A stretch of 40,910 nucleotides of DNA from positions 326,647-367,556 of the forward strand of contig NC_068983.1 of assembly GCF_001194135.2 (NCBI RefSeq), written 5' to 3'. Origin of the DNA: Octopus bimaculoides (taxonomy: Eukaryota). Below the pieces are notes generated by a model, which did not search any database, was not told where the DNA came from, and saw only the letters and a list, made by a program, of their open reading frames with translations. Shown here piece by piece: positions 1 through 10,755 of the stretch; position 1 is the stretch's first letter, and each line of letters starts with the position of its first letter. The translations under genes were made by a program, and so were the position numbers.

Positions 1-38
1 TATATATATATGCATGAATGTTTTTTTAATACATATAG

Positions 39-1997
39 CCCGTTGGCGATGGAATAATAGCAACGGGGACAGTGAGAAAAATACTACCGGTAGTCCTTAG
101 TTGCCACTCTGCAAAGATGGTGGCTCAGCAGGTGAAGGCTGTTTAGCACGAATTTCGTGGGCATTTATGCTTCTTCGTGTCCTCTGCTGGCTGACAAAGC
201 AAGTCTGTTTTCCCTTAATAAAGAAGGGTGGGAAAAAGAGCCCTAAAAATTGCATGCCCATAGAGACTTTTCATCTTACTGCAGTTCACTGGTTAACCAT
301 TATGCAGTCGAAACAAAGACAAAACCCAAAAAATCCCATTAAATTTTGGTGCTTAGAATATCTGAACTCTTCTGGATAGCGAAGCCGTATTAGAAAAGAA
401 AACACCTCTTGTGTCAAAAATACATAGACATAGCAACATAAAGTGAAACTAGATTTCCTGATTTTGGACAACTTGAGAAAAAAGGGGAGAGTAATATATT
501 CTTCTGGTCAGCGCCAAAAAAGATGCAATTCGCTCTTCAGGTATTGGTTTTTCTGTCATAACTAAGATAATAAATGCATTGACGTTCTTACTACAGGTTG
601 TGAGTGATTATTTGATGACACTGACACTTAAACTTGCTGATGCTGCTACGCTAACCTTAATCAGCTTTCATGCTCCAACCATGAACTCCAAAGAATCAGA
701 GATTACCAACTTTTATGGGAACGTATATATGATTTATGACGTTTAAACAAAAGTATCATCAACATGACATTCGCCATATTCACTGCTTACTTAGTGCATG
801 TTGGTTATCTGATCATTCTCTGTTGCGTTGTAAGGTCTCATTTCAACATCAGGCAAAGCATAGAAGATACAATGCAAAATTTCTTAATCTTGGTGTTGAA
901 AGAAAAGCTCGGTTGTCTCCGCTTGAATGAGTTGAAATTTCAGAAAACAATGAAGAATCGCGGAAACATTTCAAGGAAGCAACATATTCTGCCTCACTTG
1001 AAGCTCTTGGTCTGTCAAAACGTAAGCATCAGGATTGATTCAGTGTAAATAATACAGAAATACCGTTACTGATTGCAAAAAAAAAAAAATGTATTCCTCT
1101 CATAAAGTATGGACTGCCGACAAAGGAACTTCAGTGAAAGAGAGATAATACTTGAACTGTAAACAATTCGTTCAACGGACTTTGAAGAAAATGAAAGACA
1201 AGTGGCGGTCATGAAAAGTCGCCGAGCTTCAAACTGCTACTGTAGGAAGGATATAAAGGCCTTCTATGAAGATATAAAGGAGATTTATGGCACTCAGAAA
1301 CGCGAGTCTTCACCGGTGTTAACATCGGATGGATCTACTTTGCTAACAGACAAAAGTGATATGCTCAACTGCTGGGAAGAACACTGTGAAAGAGATTTAA
1401 ATTCTTCATCTGATGTGGACCTTAATGTCATTGAATCAATTCTTTTAAAACCAGAAATCCCTGAAATAGACTTTCACTCGACACACGCTTAAGTTAAAAT
1501 AGTCATGAAATAAATGGTATGAGGTAAGTTGCCTGGTGATGATGTAATACAAGCTGAGGTGTACAAACATGGAGATAATGTTTTTGTACATAAGCTTTTG
1601 GATTTGTTTGTATTGATTGGGAAGGATGGTCAGGTTCTTCTGGAGTTTAAACACTCATCTATTACCGTTCTAAATGAATGAAAAGGGGGAAAATAACCAT
1701 CAGGATATATTATTGCTTTCTCTGCCGGACAAGTTCCTTGCTCAAGTTGTTCTTAAACGAACAATAACCAAACTGGTGGATCGTGTTTATTCTGAATCGC
1801 AATATGACTTCAAGGCTGGGCTGGGAGAGGAACCATAAACATAATATATTGCTTGCGACAACTTGCAAGGAAAGTAGGGGAGAATAATAAATTATCAATG
1901 GTCTTTGTTGATTGAACAAAAAGCTTTTGAGTTCATCAATCGGGATGCCTTGCGGTCTGTGCTGAAGAAGGTTGGAATTCCTAACAAGATGCCTAGT
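39..1997 (+). mobile_element. Decayed RTE-clade LINE: probable 5' UTR, AP-endonuclease, linker and start of RT; 3' part missing
   Basis: Frameshifted translation gives LNFGA*NI*TLLDS and IDIAT*SETRFPDFGQL (EN, ~340-480), SFHAPTMNS (~665), FYEDIKEIYG...DGSTLLTDKSDMLNCWEEH (ORF 1202-1492) and a KAF-SINRDALRSVLKKVGIPNKM-like RT segment (~1920-1990). All match RTE ORF2 motifs; many stops. Confidence 0.85.
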
Positions 1998-2029
1998 ATT
2001 AAAACAAAACAAAACAAAATAGACTCCAA

Positions 2030-2140
2030 AATGATTTAAAAATAGAATACTCGAAAAAAGAAAAATAGATACCAAAATTTAAAAACGCAATAAATTCCAA
2101 AATTTAAAAAAACGGCGGGAACTTAGTTGCCAACCCAATA
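2030..2140 (-). mobile_element. Mariner-type terminal inverted repeat next to assembly gap
   Basis: Reverse complement reads TA-TTGGGTTGGCAACTAAGTTCCCGCCG, a mariner TIR-like end with TA target dinucleotide. The partner end is not visible. Confidence 0.5.
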
Positions 2141-2148
2141 TATATATA

Positions 2149-2472
2149 NNNNNNNNNNNNNNNNNNNNNNNNNNNNNNNNNNNNNNNNNNNNNNNNNNNN
2201 NNNNNNNNNNNNNNNNNNNNNNNNNNNNNNNNNNNNNNNNNNNNNNNNNNNNNNNNNNNNNNNNNNNNNNNNNNNNNNNNNNNNNNNNNNNNNNNNNNNN
2301 NNNNNNNNNNNNNNNNNNNNNNNNNNNNNNNNNNNNNNNNNNNNNNNNNNNNNNNNNNNNNNNNNNNNNNNNNNNNNNNNNNNNNNNNNNNNNNNNNNNN
2401 NNNNNNNNNNNNNNNNNNNNNNNNNNNNNNNNNNNNNNNNNNNNNNNNNNNNNNNNNNNNNNNNNNNNNNNN
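2149..2472. other. Assembly gap flanked by (TA)n
   Basis: Run of N; TA microsatellite on both sides. Confidence 1.
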
Positions 2473-2519
<47 letters not shown>

Positions 2520-3244
2520 GCATATATATATATACTAAATTCTGTACTTATTGGTTTGACTTGCAGGAAGCGGGTGATGCGCCTTTGGTGTTCGCAGCCC
2601 TCACGGGGACCGATGAGATCGACTTGCTTAACATTGTTGCTGAACAATTTTCAGGTTGATGGTTGCAGGAGTCTTTCAGAGCATCTTCTTTCTGGAAGGT
2701 AAGGATTGGCTGTAATGGAGGGGTATGAATGGAAGAAAGACGAGTCAGTCGGAAGCACCATAGGAGCAAATTCATACCATTGAGTGGAGGAGCAGTTTTT
2801 TTCGAAAGTTGTTCAGGCTTTACTTGTTTACTGTTCATGTTGACGATGAAAAGGAGGAAGAGGCGTGGGGTGGGGAGATACAGTATTATTTTCCTGATAT
2901 GTTCTATGAGTATATCTTTTGACTGTTGAAAGAGATATTGTTGGCATGGAGGAGCATGGGAAGTGATTTTCTTTAAGTGTTGGGAACCGTGTTCTTTAGA
3001 TAAATTCTTGCAGTGCAGCTATGAGTGAACCACTTTTGGAGATTGTGTGTGTGTGTGGAGGGGCATGGCTTCAGTCAGCGTTCCATCTGTTTCTGATGAG
3101 TGAAGGGGGATTGTTTGCATAGAAATTACGAATCTCGGAGTAATCAACTGACTCGAAGTGTCATTGGTCCCTGCGGAGCAGGGGTAGAAGGCATTATTGT
3201 ATGTGGATGTGTGGAGGGAGAATAAGGCAAAAATCGAGCGACGT

Positions 3245-3340
<96 letters not shown>

Positions 3341-3360
3341 GAGTGAGAGAGAGAGAGATA
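3245..3360 (+). repeat. (GA)n microsatellite
   Basis: Direct reading. Confidence 0.98.
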
Positions 3361-3603
3361 TGTAAAAGTCACTGGAACACTTGCATGTCGGTCAGAGAGA
3401 TGTAGAGAAAATGGTGTAATTTACTGTAGGGTGCTGAGGATTGTAGAGGATGTGGCTTCTGGTGAAATGTGGAGTGGGAGTGTGTGTAAGAGAAGAGGAG
3501 ATGTGAGTATAGGCCAATGTAGGAGGGGACATAACTTTGTTGTTAGTGGTTGGAGGAAAAGGAGGGTAAGGGAGAAGTGAGATGTCGTTCTTGATATTGA
3601 TAT

Positions 3604-3929
3604 CCAGGTGAGAGAGGTAAGTTGTAGCCGGGTGGAATCTGTATTGATAACCAGGTGAGAGAGGTGAGTTGTAGTCGGGTGGAATCTGTATTGATAACCA
3701 GGTGAGAGAGGTGAGTTGTAGTCGGGTGGAATCTGTATTGATAACCAGGTGAGAGAAGTAAGTTGTAGCCGGGTGGAATCTGTATTGATAACCAGGTGAG
3801 AGAAGTAAGTTGTAGCCGGGTGGAATCTGTATTGATAACCAGGTGAGAGAGGTGAGTTGTAGTCGGATGGAATCTGTATTGATAACCAGGTGAGAGAGGT
3901 GAGTTGTAGTCGGGTGGAATCTGTATTGG
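3604..3929 (+). repeat. 47-bp minisatellite, ~7 copies
   Basis: Unit CCAGGTGAGAGAGGTGAGTTGTAGTCGGGTGGAATCTGTATTGATAA starts at 3604, 3651, 3698, 3745, 3792, 3839 and 3886 with few substitutions. Confidence 0.97.
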
Positions 3930-4909
3930 CACAAATTATAGGAGGTGAATGATTTGTGTCTTGAATGAGGAATAGGTCGAGCGGGGCTGTATGTTGATAA
4001 GAAATGTGTGGAATTCTTGGATGTTTTTGTCCCTATGAAGTGTAGAGAATGTTAGTGTGTCGTAGGGCCATGGTAGTACGAGCAAGGTACCTAATCAAAA
4101 TGTTTCCAACAAAGCAAATTCTGATAAAGGTACGTAAAGACATGGAAATGGCATCAAATTGTGTACCTTTGTACATACCACATCAAAACTCTTAATTAAT
4201 TCCAATTTCGTGTAATTTAATTTGTTATTTCTGTTACATCGATTTTCTCTGGAGTGGTTTCAGGACAGATTATCGAATATATTCCTTGTTATTTTTTGTT
4301 TTCTTTCAACAGAAACAAAAACAGTAAAAAGGCTCCAGACAGTGAAACCGTTTCAGTGTCTGGATGACTGTAGATCGATAAGATCGTGCCACTATTTATC
4401 AATATTAGTATAGTATCACCGATCCAATGAGTTAGAGAATATTGTTTTACCCATTCAATGTTTACGAGACGAAGTTGTCGCTAGATTTTTGTTGTTTGAA
4501 AAGATCTCAAAAAATATCCATTTGGTCGTCAATAACCGTTTCTGTCATTCTTTGATGTTTGCTTTGATCTAATTTTCTCTAATCTTTGCACTCAATATCA
4601 CACCATATGATAAAGTTTCTCTCTCATCTTTCAATAGTTTCTGGATTAATTCCTCCACAAAATAGTTTATATTCCTCTCCCCCTTGTTATATTCTTGCTA
4701 TTCATCAACATCTCAATAATGGGCTCAGTAAAGAATGCAACACAAGCCGAAAGGAAATATTAACAACAACAACGACACTAAATATTGGTTTTACTGATCC
4801 ATTTTTTATATTGATTCTTATCAATATTACACACACACACATATATATATATAATCGATGTATTTCATTTATCGATTACGTTCGATGTATCGTAGTTTCT
4901 TAGCTATAC

Positions 4910-4990
4910 GCCTGCCCGACTGAGCAGACCTATGACTAAAGGTATTCCATCTGTGATATGCCATCTGTGGCCATCCCTCCCGTTTTTTTT
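4910..4990 (-). mobile_element. Cephalopod-type SINE 3' tail fragment
   Basis: CAGACCTATGACTAAAGGTATTCCA...GGCCATCCC resembles the reverse complement of the tail-like sequence at 9720-9790 and recalled octopus SINE tails. Confidence 0.45.
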
Positions 4991-5361
4991 TATTAATACA
5001 ATGAACAAAGGACCACCACTATCCAATGGGTCTTTCATTCATGAACACGACAGGGTGTGATGTAAGAAGTTTTTAGCGAATATTCTCAGCAGATAGAATT
5101 ACTTTGTAGAAGTTCTCTCATTGCCTTGTATTTATTGATTATATTGATTACATTGGCGATTTATTGATTGGTTATGACGTCATTAAATATAAGAGAATCA
5201 CATGATTATATTTCTGTCTCGTGTCGTGTTGTACATTGCTTAGTCCTTGCAAATGTTTTAGAATAGCTAGCAGACCCCTCATTCAAAACTTCTGTTCTAG
5301 AAGAACAATCAATGTGATTGGTCTTTCCCAACAGCGTCCCTTTCACAAAGCAATATTGAAG

Positions 5362-5387
5362 CACACACACACACACACACATACACA

Positions 5388-5471
<84 letters not shown>
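5362..5471 (+). repeat. (CA)n microsatellite
   Basis: Direct reading. Confidence 0.98.
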
Positions 5472-5473
<2 letters not shown>

Positions 5474-5494
5474 GCTGGATTGTTACTATTATCG

Positions 5495-5600
5495 ATGGAA
5501 GAAAAAATGAGAGGCAAAGTTGACCTTGGTGGGATTAGAGCCCAGACCGCTGAAATACACATTGAAAGCTAGTCTATACGAGCGTGACCGACTCTGAAAA
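5495..5600 (-). mobile_element. Degenerate tRNA-derived SINE
   Basis: Reverse complement contains TCTAATCCCACCAAGGTCAACTTTGCCTCTCAT, aligning to the copy at 18551. Confidence 0.55.
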
Positions 5601-5939
5601 TTCAGTAACAAACCCATCACATATATTAATTTGAATGAAATATCAAACTGGCGGATGAAGGGGGACTAGGTTCGTGCCCAGTTGCTGGCCGTGTATCGTG
5701 CATCAATTTATAACAATACTCAGTAACTAACTCCACCCACCTCCAACCACTGTTTAATCAACATCAAACCATTACATTTTATATCTAATGAATTTGAAAT
5801 ATTGAAATGACAAGGTTGTCTCCCTTAGAAGTACTCTTTTAATATAATGGATTAAAAAGGTCTGGTTACTGCACTCAGAATGTAGGCGTTAAAATTGAGA
5901 AGAGTTGTTAATGAATCCAGCAAAATGTTGTGTTCACTG

Positions 5940-6090
5940 TTCGAACCCGGTTGAGGTTATCTTTGTCTTTCATATATCCGAGGTCGACAAAGAAAGGGTG
6001 ATGAAGAGGCAGAATTATTAGGGTGTCCGACTGAATACCTTGTTTATTCTGGCACTTTGCGTTCTGAGTTCAAATCCGGCTGTAGCATAC
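5940..6090 (+). mobile_element. Two degenerate SINE head/core fragments
   Basis: TCGAACCCGGTTGAGGTTATCTTTGTCTTTCAT..CCGAGGTCGACAAA and CGTTCTGAGTTCAAATCCGGC (B-box) match the 18551 copy. Confidence 0.6.
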
Positions 6091-6872
6091 TTGTGAATTT
6101 AACACCACTGCTTGCTCCTTGGTCACTTTCAGTGGAATCAGCTCTTTTTCATGTTCTGGAGCCAGACGTCTGGTTTGAGGGTAACTTTATCCTTCATTTT
6201 CGGAGGCCCTCTAAACAGTCATGGGTTCTGTCCCTCACTCCTGGCAAAACGACAAAACTTCGTTATCTGTTTTTCACACAGTCAGCTTCCCTAGGAATTT
6301 TCTATGTCATTCTTTTAGATTTTATCAGCTTACCTTGTTAAAGTCAACCTGTCCAGGTGAACTTAATTGCTCTCCAGCACTATTATTGCTGATCTATAGG
6401 CAGAATCTCTTAGTTCTATTCGTCTTTATTATAAAATGGGACTGGTATGTGTGCGACGAACAAATTAGTATCATTTACCTTTAATTTACTGTTGTGTCGC
6501 TTGAAACAATTTATTTTGCATGATATTAAAATTTAAAATTTCATTATTGTCTGGAATTTAAATAACTAATTAATTTAATAATTCGTGTTTTTTTGTAAAC
6601 TGATTAAATCAATAACCAATTCATTATGAACACATATTTCTTTTCTTTAGCAACTTTTATACCAACTTCAACAATCAATTACTGTTAAAGGTATTACATT
6701 GCGTAAATATATAGGGTGAGATATATTGTAGCTATGTGCGTGTGGGGAGTGTGTGACTATAAGAGTGAGATATATCACGTGTGTGTGTGTGTGTAGAAGA
6801 TATTACAAGTGTGTGCGTGAAATGAATATGTATGTGTGGTAAATACATCACGCTTGTATGTGGAAGCACATT

Positions 6873-6875
<3 letters not shown>

Positions 6876-6905
<30 letters not shown>

Positions 6906-6925
6906 TGTGTGTGAGAGAGTGTGTA
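6876..6925 (+). repeat. (GT)n microsatellite
   Basis: Direct reading. Confidence 0.9.
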
Positions 6926-8099
6926 TGTGGTAAGTATGGGGCCGACCTGTCTGTTACAAATGGTGCCAATAAAAACTCATGTCAAAATTCTTCTCTTTCT
7001 GTGTCACGTGATTAGGAGTCGAAGCTGATTGAATTTCTGATTCCTTCTCTCCTCTCTTATGATTGTGTGTTCACTTTCTCACCAGAGGATCGCACGTTCG
7101 ATTTCATGGCGTCACAATATGGTCAAAGTCTTCTACTGCACACACGAACCAATTAAAGCTCTCTCAGTGAAACGGAATAAATAGAACCCTGCCCCCAAGC
7201 GGATTTCGGCTTAACACAGTCATCTGGTCTTTAATGGAATCCCCTCAGCTTCAGCTCATGTTTGTGGTTCTCACCATTTCGCTATCAGACTTGGGTTCTC
7301 TTTAAACAGTCTTCGTTTCTTTCACCTCTTACTGAAACTGCAACATCTTAACGTCTGTTGAAACTACTGCACTTACCCGGTCACGTTTAAAGGATCCAGT
7401 TTAATAAATCAAACCTATAGAAGACATTAACCGTCATCAATGTATGTTATCACGTGACCAGAACAGTTTTTGTTTTGTTGTCTTAAGTTTTGATTTGCAC
7501 CTGAGATATACACATGTACCGACTATTAATTATAAAACTCTTCCATTTATATAAGTCACTGATGTCATTTGATCTCCTAACTCTTCCTCTGTCATCGCCT
7601 GTTTAATAGATGACAGATATTCATGTTTATTCACCGTTGGAAGTCCACCAGCAACAGTAGAAGACGTGACGAGAACATTTGAAATTACGCCTTATTTGCT
7701 AATGACCATTCGTGAAATCTAACGACAGCAGTGTCGTGTCGTTCCCTGTCTTTCTCTTATATCCTCTGCAACGAGATCGTGTCTTAAAATCTTACCTCTG
7801 TTTTTGTGCTTATGAGTGAAAAAGGATTCACTTAAAGTGCCAGAGATTTGTTCTTCAATACCGAATGACACTTTGTGTATAATTGTAATGAAGATAACAT
7901 TAATTCATCAAATGGTTTAACGCATCAATAAGCTTTCTTTTCAGATTAGATTCAGCGGTACGCTTAACTGAATTCGATTTCCGTTTTTAATTTTAATTGA
8001 TGGTACTAATAATATCTATCAAGGCGGGTTGTTGCTTAAAATGATAATTCATAAGAACAAGATTCATCTGATTCACTTTTACTTGAATTTTCTTTTTAG

Positions 8100-8530
8100 T
8101 TGAGAAGGAACACGAATGTCATCAACATATTTTATCGGAGACGAGGCCTTTTTTCACTCCACTTAGTATTGTCAGGGAAATATTACATAGTGGAAAAGAC
8201 CTGTTTTAAGATATTTCTTGAATTACTTCCCAGACATTTTAACATATTAAGAAGTTTTACTTTCGAAAACTAGCCTACAGGTTGACATCTTAAGACACTT
8301 TAATATACGACAGTCTTCATTATAGTTTGGACCCATGTCGATTGAACCCCTCCATATTTCAGAGTTTATGCAATTACAGGCTTTGTTTCTGTAAGGAACT
8401 ATACATACAACATGCGAATCTCTAAACCAGAAATATGAATCGGTTTCTAGTTCCCGTCACAGACGAGCACTTCTCTAGAGCTGCTTCCAACAGACTGAGA
8501 CGGAAAATCGAGGACGATTGCTAATTTCAA
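8100..8530 (+). mobile_element. Highly decayed Tc1/mariner (maT-like) transposase C-terminal remnant
   Basis: Frameshifted W..D(L)NPL at ~8325-8355 and EHFSRAASNRLRRKIE at ~8465-8510 resemble WPPSSPDLNPLD and EHLIRACNRFRSRIE. Confidence 0.3.
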
Positions 8531-9654
8531 CCGCTTTACCTTCCTTAGAATCTAGCGGTACTTTTATATTGGCTTACATCAGAAGTCCGAAATGATTTTC
8601 ATCGCCTGACCGGTTTGTCGTAAGGAAGCCAAACTTACCAATGACCAATGACCTTATGTATGGTGACCTGTGAAAGTGTACTATTGGGAGTGCTGGTGAC
8701 ATAAACGAGAGAGTACTGCAGGGAGAACTGGTGACATATATGAAAGAGCACTGCAATGATGCACACACACACACAGACTGGACTTATGTGAAGGTCATTC
8801 AACGGATTGACCGTATTAACCATCAACACAGTACAATCACTATCAAAGAGCTGTGCTCTTTCCCTCTCCATCACTTATAATGCTACTATAATGGCTGCTT
8901 TTCCAATGGAGTAGCCAGTGCTGCTCAACTCTTTCTATTTTCTATCATTTTTCATAATAAAAAGACTATCCAGAATATTGAAAGAAGACTTGCAACGTTG
9001 CTTCCCAGCCTCGTTTAAGCTAACACTAAACTCCATCCATTAACCTACACACATTTCATAGCGATTTGACATACACCCAAAATATATCAGCGTGAAATAT
9101 GTGCGAAATTATTCACTGTGAAATAAGTGTACACTTGTAACTCACAGATGAATTCTGACTGAAGAAGAAAATTATCTTTATAAAATATATCGATCTACGC
9201 AGAAACATTTTATAATGAGTTGACACACATAAAACATTAAACTCGACAGCCCCCTCGTGCCGTAAAAGCACACAGATTCTGATACTCAAATCTTTGGGAA
9301 ATTCCAACGGTGAAATATGTCTTATCGTTTTATCCTGATTTATGTTTCATCATCATTTTGCTAATCCCTACTTCTGCTCCACCATCTTCAATATGGTGGC
9401 CATTACATTAGTATTGGAATGTAAAAGAATTTGCTTTCGGACAATTCTACATTTGTAGAGAAACTCGGAACATGAGTAACGTGATTTGGTCTGACGGCTA
9501 CTCAATGTCATTTGATCTTGTGACTGCCATTGGTGACTAACTTTGATCTTAAAACTGTCACATGTAACACAGTTTGGTCTTAAAACAGCTACGAGTAGTT
9601 ATAATTTAGTTATTGTGGAGAAACGAAATTTTACGTGACATATAAGGGATGCCA

Positions 9655-9790
9655 TGTAAAACTTTGCAGAGAAGGAAGGGCACTTTGGATAATGTGGTGC
9701 TGGATAAACCAGGTTTGAATAAAAGACGGGATGGTGACATCTTTGAACCAGATGTTATCTCGATCGGGCACCATCTGATCATAAAGACCA
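9655..9790 (+). mobile_element. SINE 3' tail remnant
   Basis: CTGGATAAACCAGGTTTGAATAAAAGACGGGATGGTGAC, related to the reverse complement of 4910-4990. Confidence 0.4.
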
Positions 9791-10503
9791 CCACCACCAT
9801 TAACTGCAACTATCATGGTGAGAATACAGCTGCAAGATATTGTCAAGGTGACTTGTGACAGAGCAGTAGCAGCCGGATTTATCGACAGAGGACCGACAGA
9901 GCCTTAAGGGAAAAACCCGAAATCATTTTTAGTGGAGCACCAACTTTAAGAAGACTTAAAAAATATTTGGTACCATAAGGTATTTAGTATTCAGTTGTTG
10001 AATAAATATAAAACACAATCTCATCTTTTGGAAGTAGAGGAAAAATGCCCAAAGAAAACCACCAGATTATTTATTACAGGGTTTTAGGGACTAAAACCCA
10101 TTTTTGTCTCTCAACGGTTGCACATGGTGACAAACAAATGAAAGAAAAAAAATTTCCACAAAAATGTGTAATTTTAAATGATTTAAATAAATTATGACTT
10201 TTTACAAGGCGTGGAGCCGGAGGATTTTAGGGAAGGGAAACGGGAAAAAGTGTGACGTTCAGGCCTTTCCCAAGGACATTAGCGACGTAAATGAAATGAT
10301 TTCAACTGGGAATCCAAATCCGAGGCACGGGCTTGATTCACTGGTAACTGACTTCGATTCTTCGTCGCTCGCCAAGTTAAAAAGGAAAATAAAAAGACTG
10401 TAAAATATGTCAAAATACGAACAATTGTTCATACGTTAAAGAATGAAATATACTCTTTTGGATTTCCTTTCACCTTCGTTTCCTCATGGAATTTAATAGA
10501 CCA

Positions 10504-10506
<3 letters not shown>

Positions 10507-10545
<39 letters not shown>
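10507..10545 (+). repeat. (ATT)n microsatellite in probable 3' UTR of the LRR-Ig gene
   Basis: Direct reading. Confidence 0.95.
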
Positions 10546-10755
10546 GAAGAGACATTGGCGTTAATTGATTTTGATCAAGGAAAATTTGTTTGAAAGGGAG
10601 AGTGAATTTCTGTTTCTAAGAAAATACGGAAATGAAAGTCGTAATGAGATCAAATGGTGACTTAAGGATTTAATGAGAATGTAATTTTCAAGTTACGAAA
10701 TTTTTCCATTTCTATTTTTTCATTATAGACTGCTTTATATTTAACAATAACTAAA

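Larger units (their letters stand above)
2540..4075 (-). mobile_element. Decayed APE-type LINE fragment (endonuclease start plus probable linker), interrupted by tandem repeats
   Basis: From ATG at 4071, with frameshifts: MALRHTNILYT..NIQEFHTFLINIQP..LDLFLIQDTN..IQIPPDYN..INIKNDI, resembling the IL.N.RG / D...IQET / IPGY motifs of LINE endonucleases. The extent below ~3400 is uncertain. Confidence 0.5.

Noticed and set aside
2104-2702. Long ORFs spanning N runs (also 24636-25728)
   Set aside because: Artefacts of translating assembly gaps.
3392-3934. 180-aa and 129-aa ORFs with a 47-aa internal repeat; regularly spaced repeats superficially like a CRISPR array
   Set aside because: The periodicity comes from a 47-bp head-to-tail minisatellite. 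There are no unique spacers, no cas genes, and the context is eukaryotic.
5206-5562. Poly-CV/HT, poly-SL, poly-YI, poly-I/L/Y/N ORFs (also 3019, 21273, 23522, 26018, 32886, 39362, 39583)
   Set aside because: Translations of microsatellites with no coding signal.
8659-8760. About three degenerate 33-35-bp repeats sharing TGGTGAC
   Set aside because: Too short and divergent to assign a function; likely an old tandem duplication within a TE remnant.
10194-10403. 69-aa plus-strand ORF in GC-richer DNA downstream of the receptor stop
   Set aside because: No recognisable motif or splice support; more likely 3' UTR or flank.
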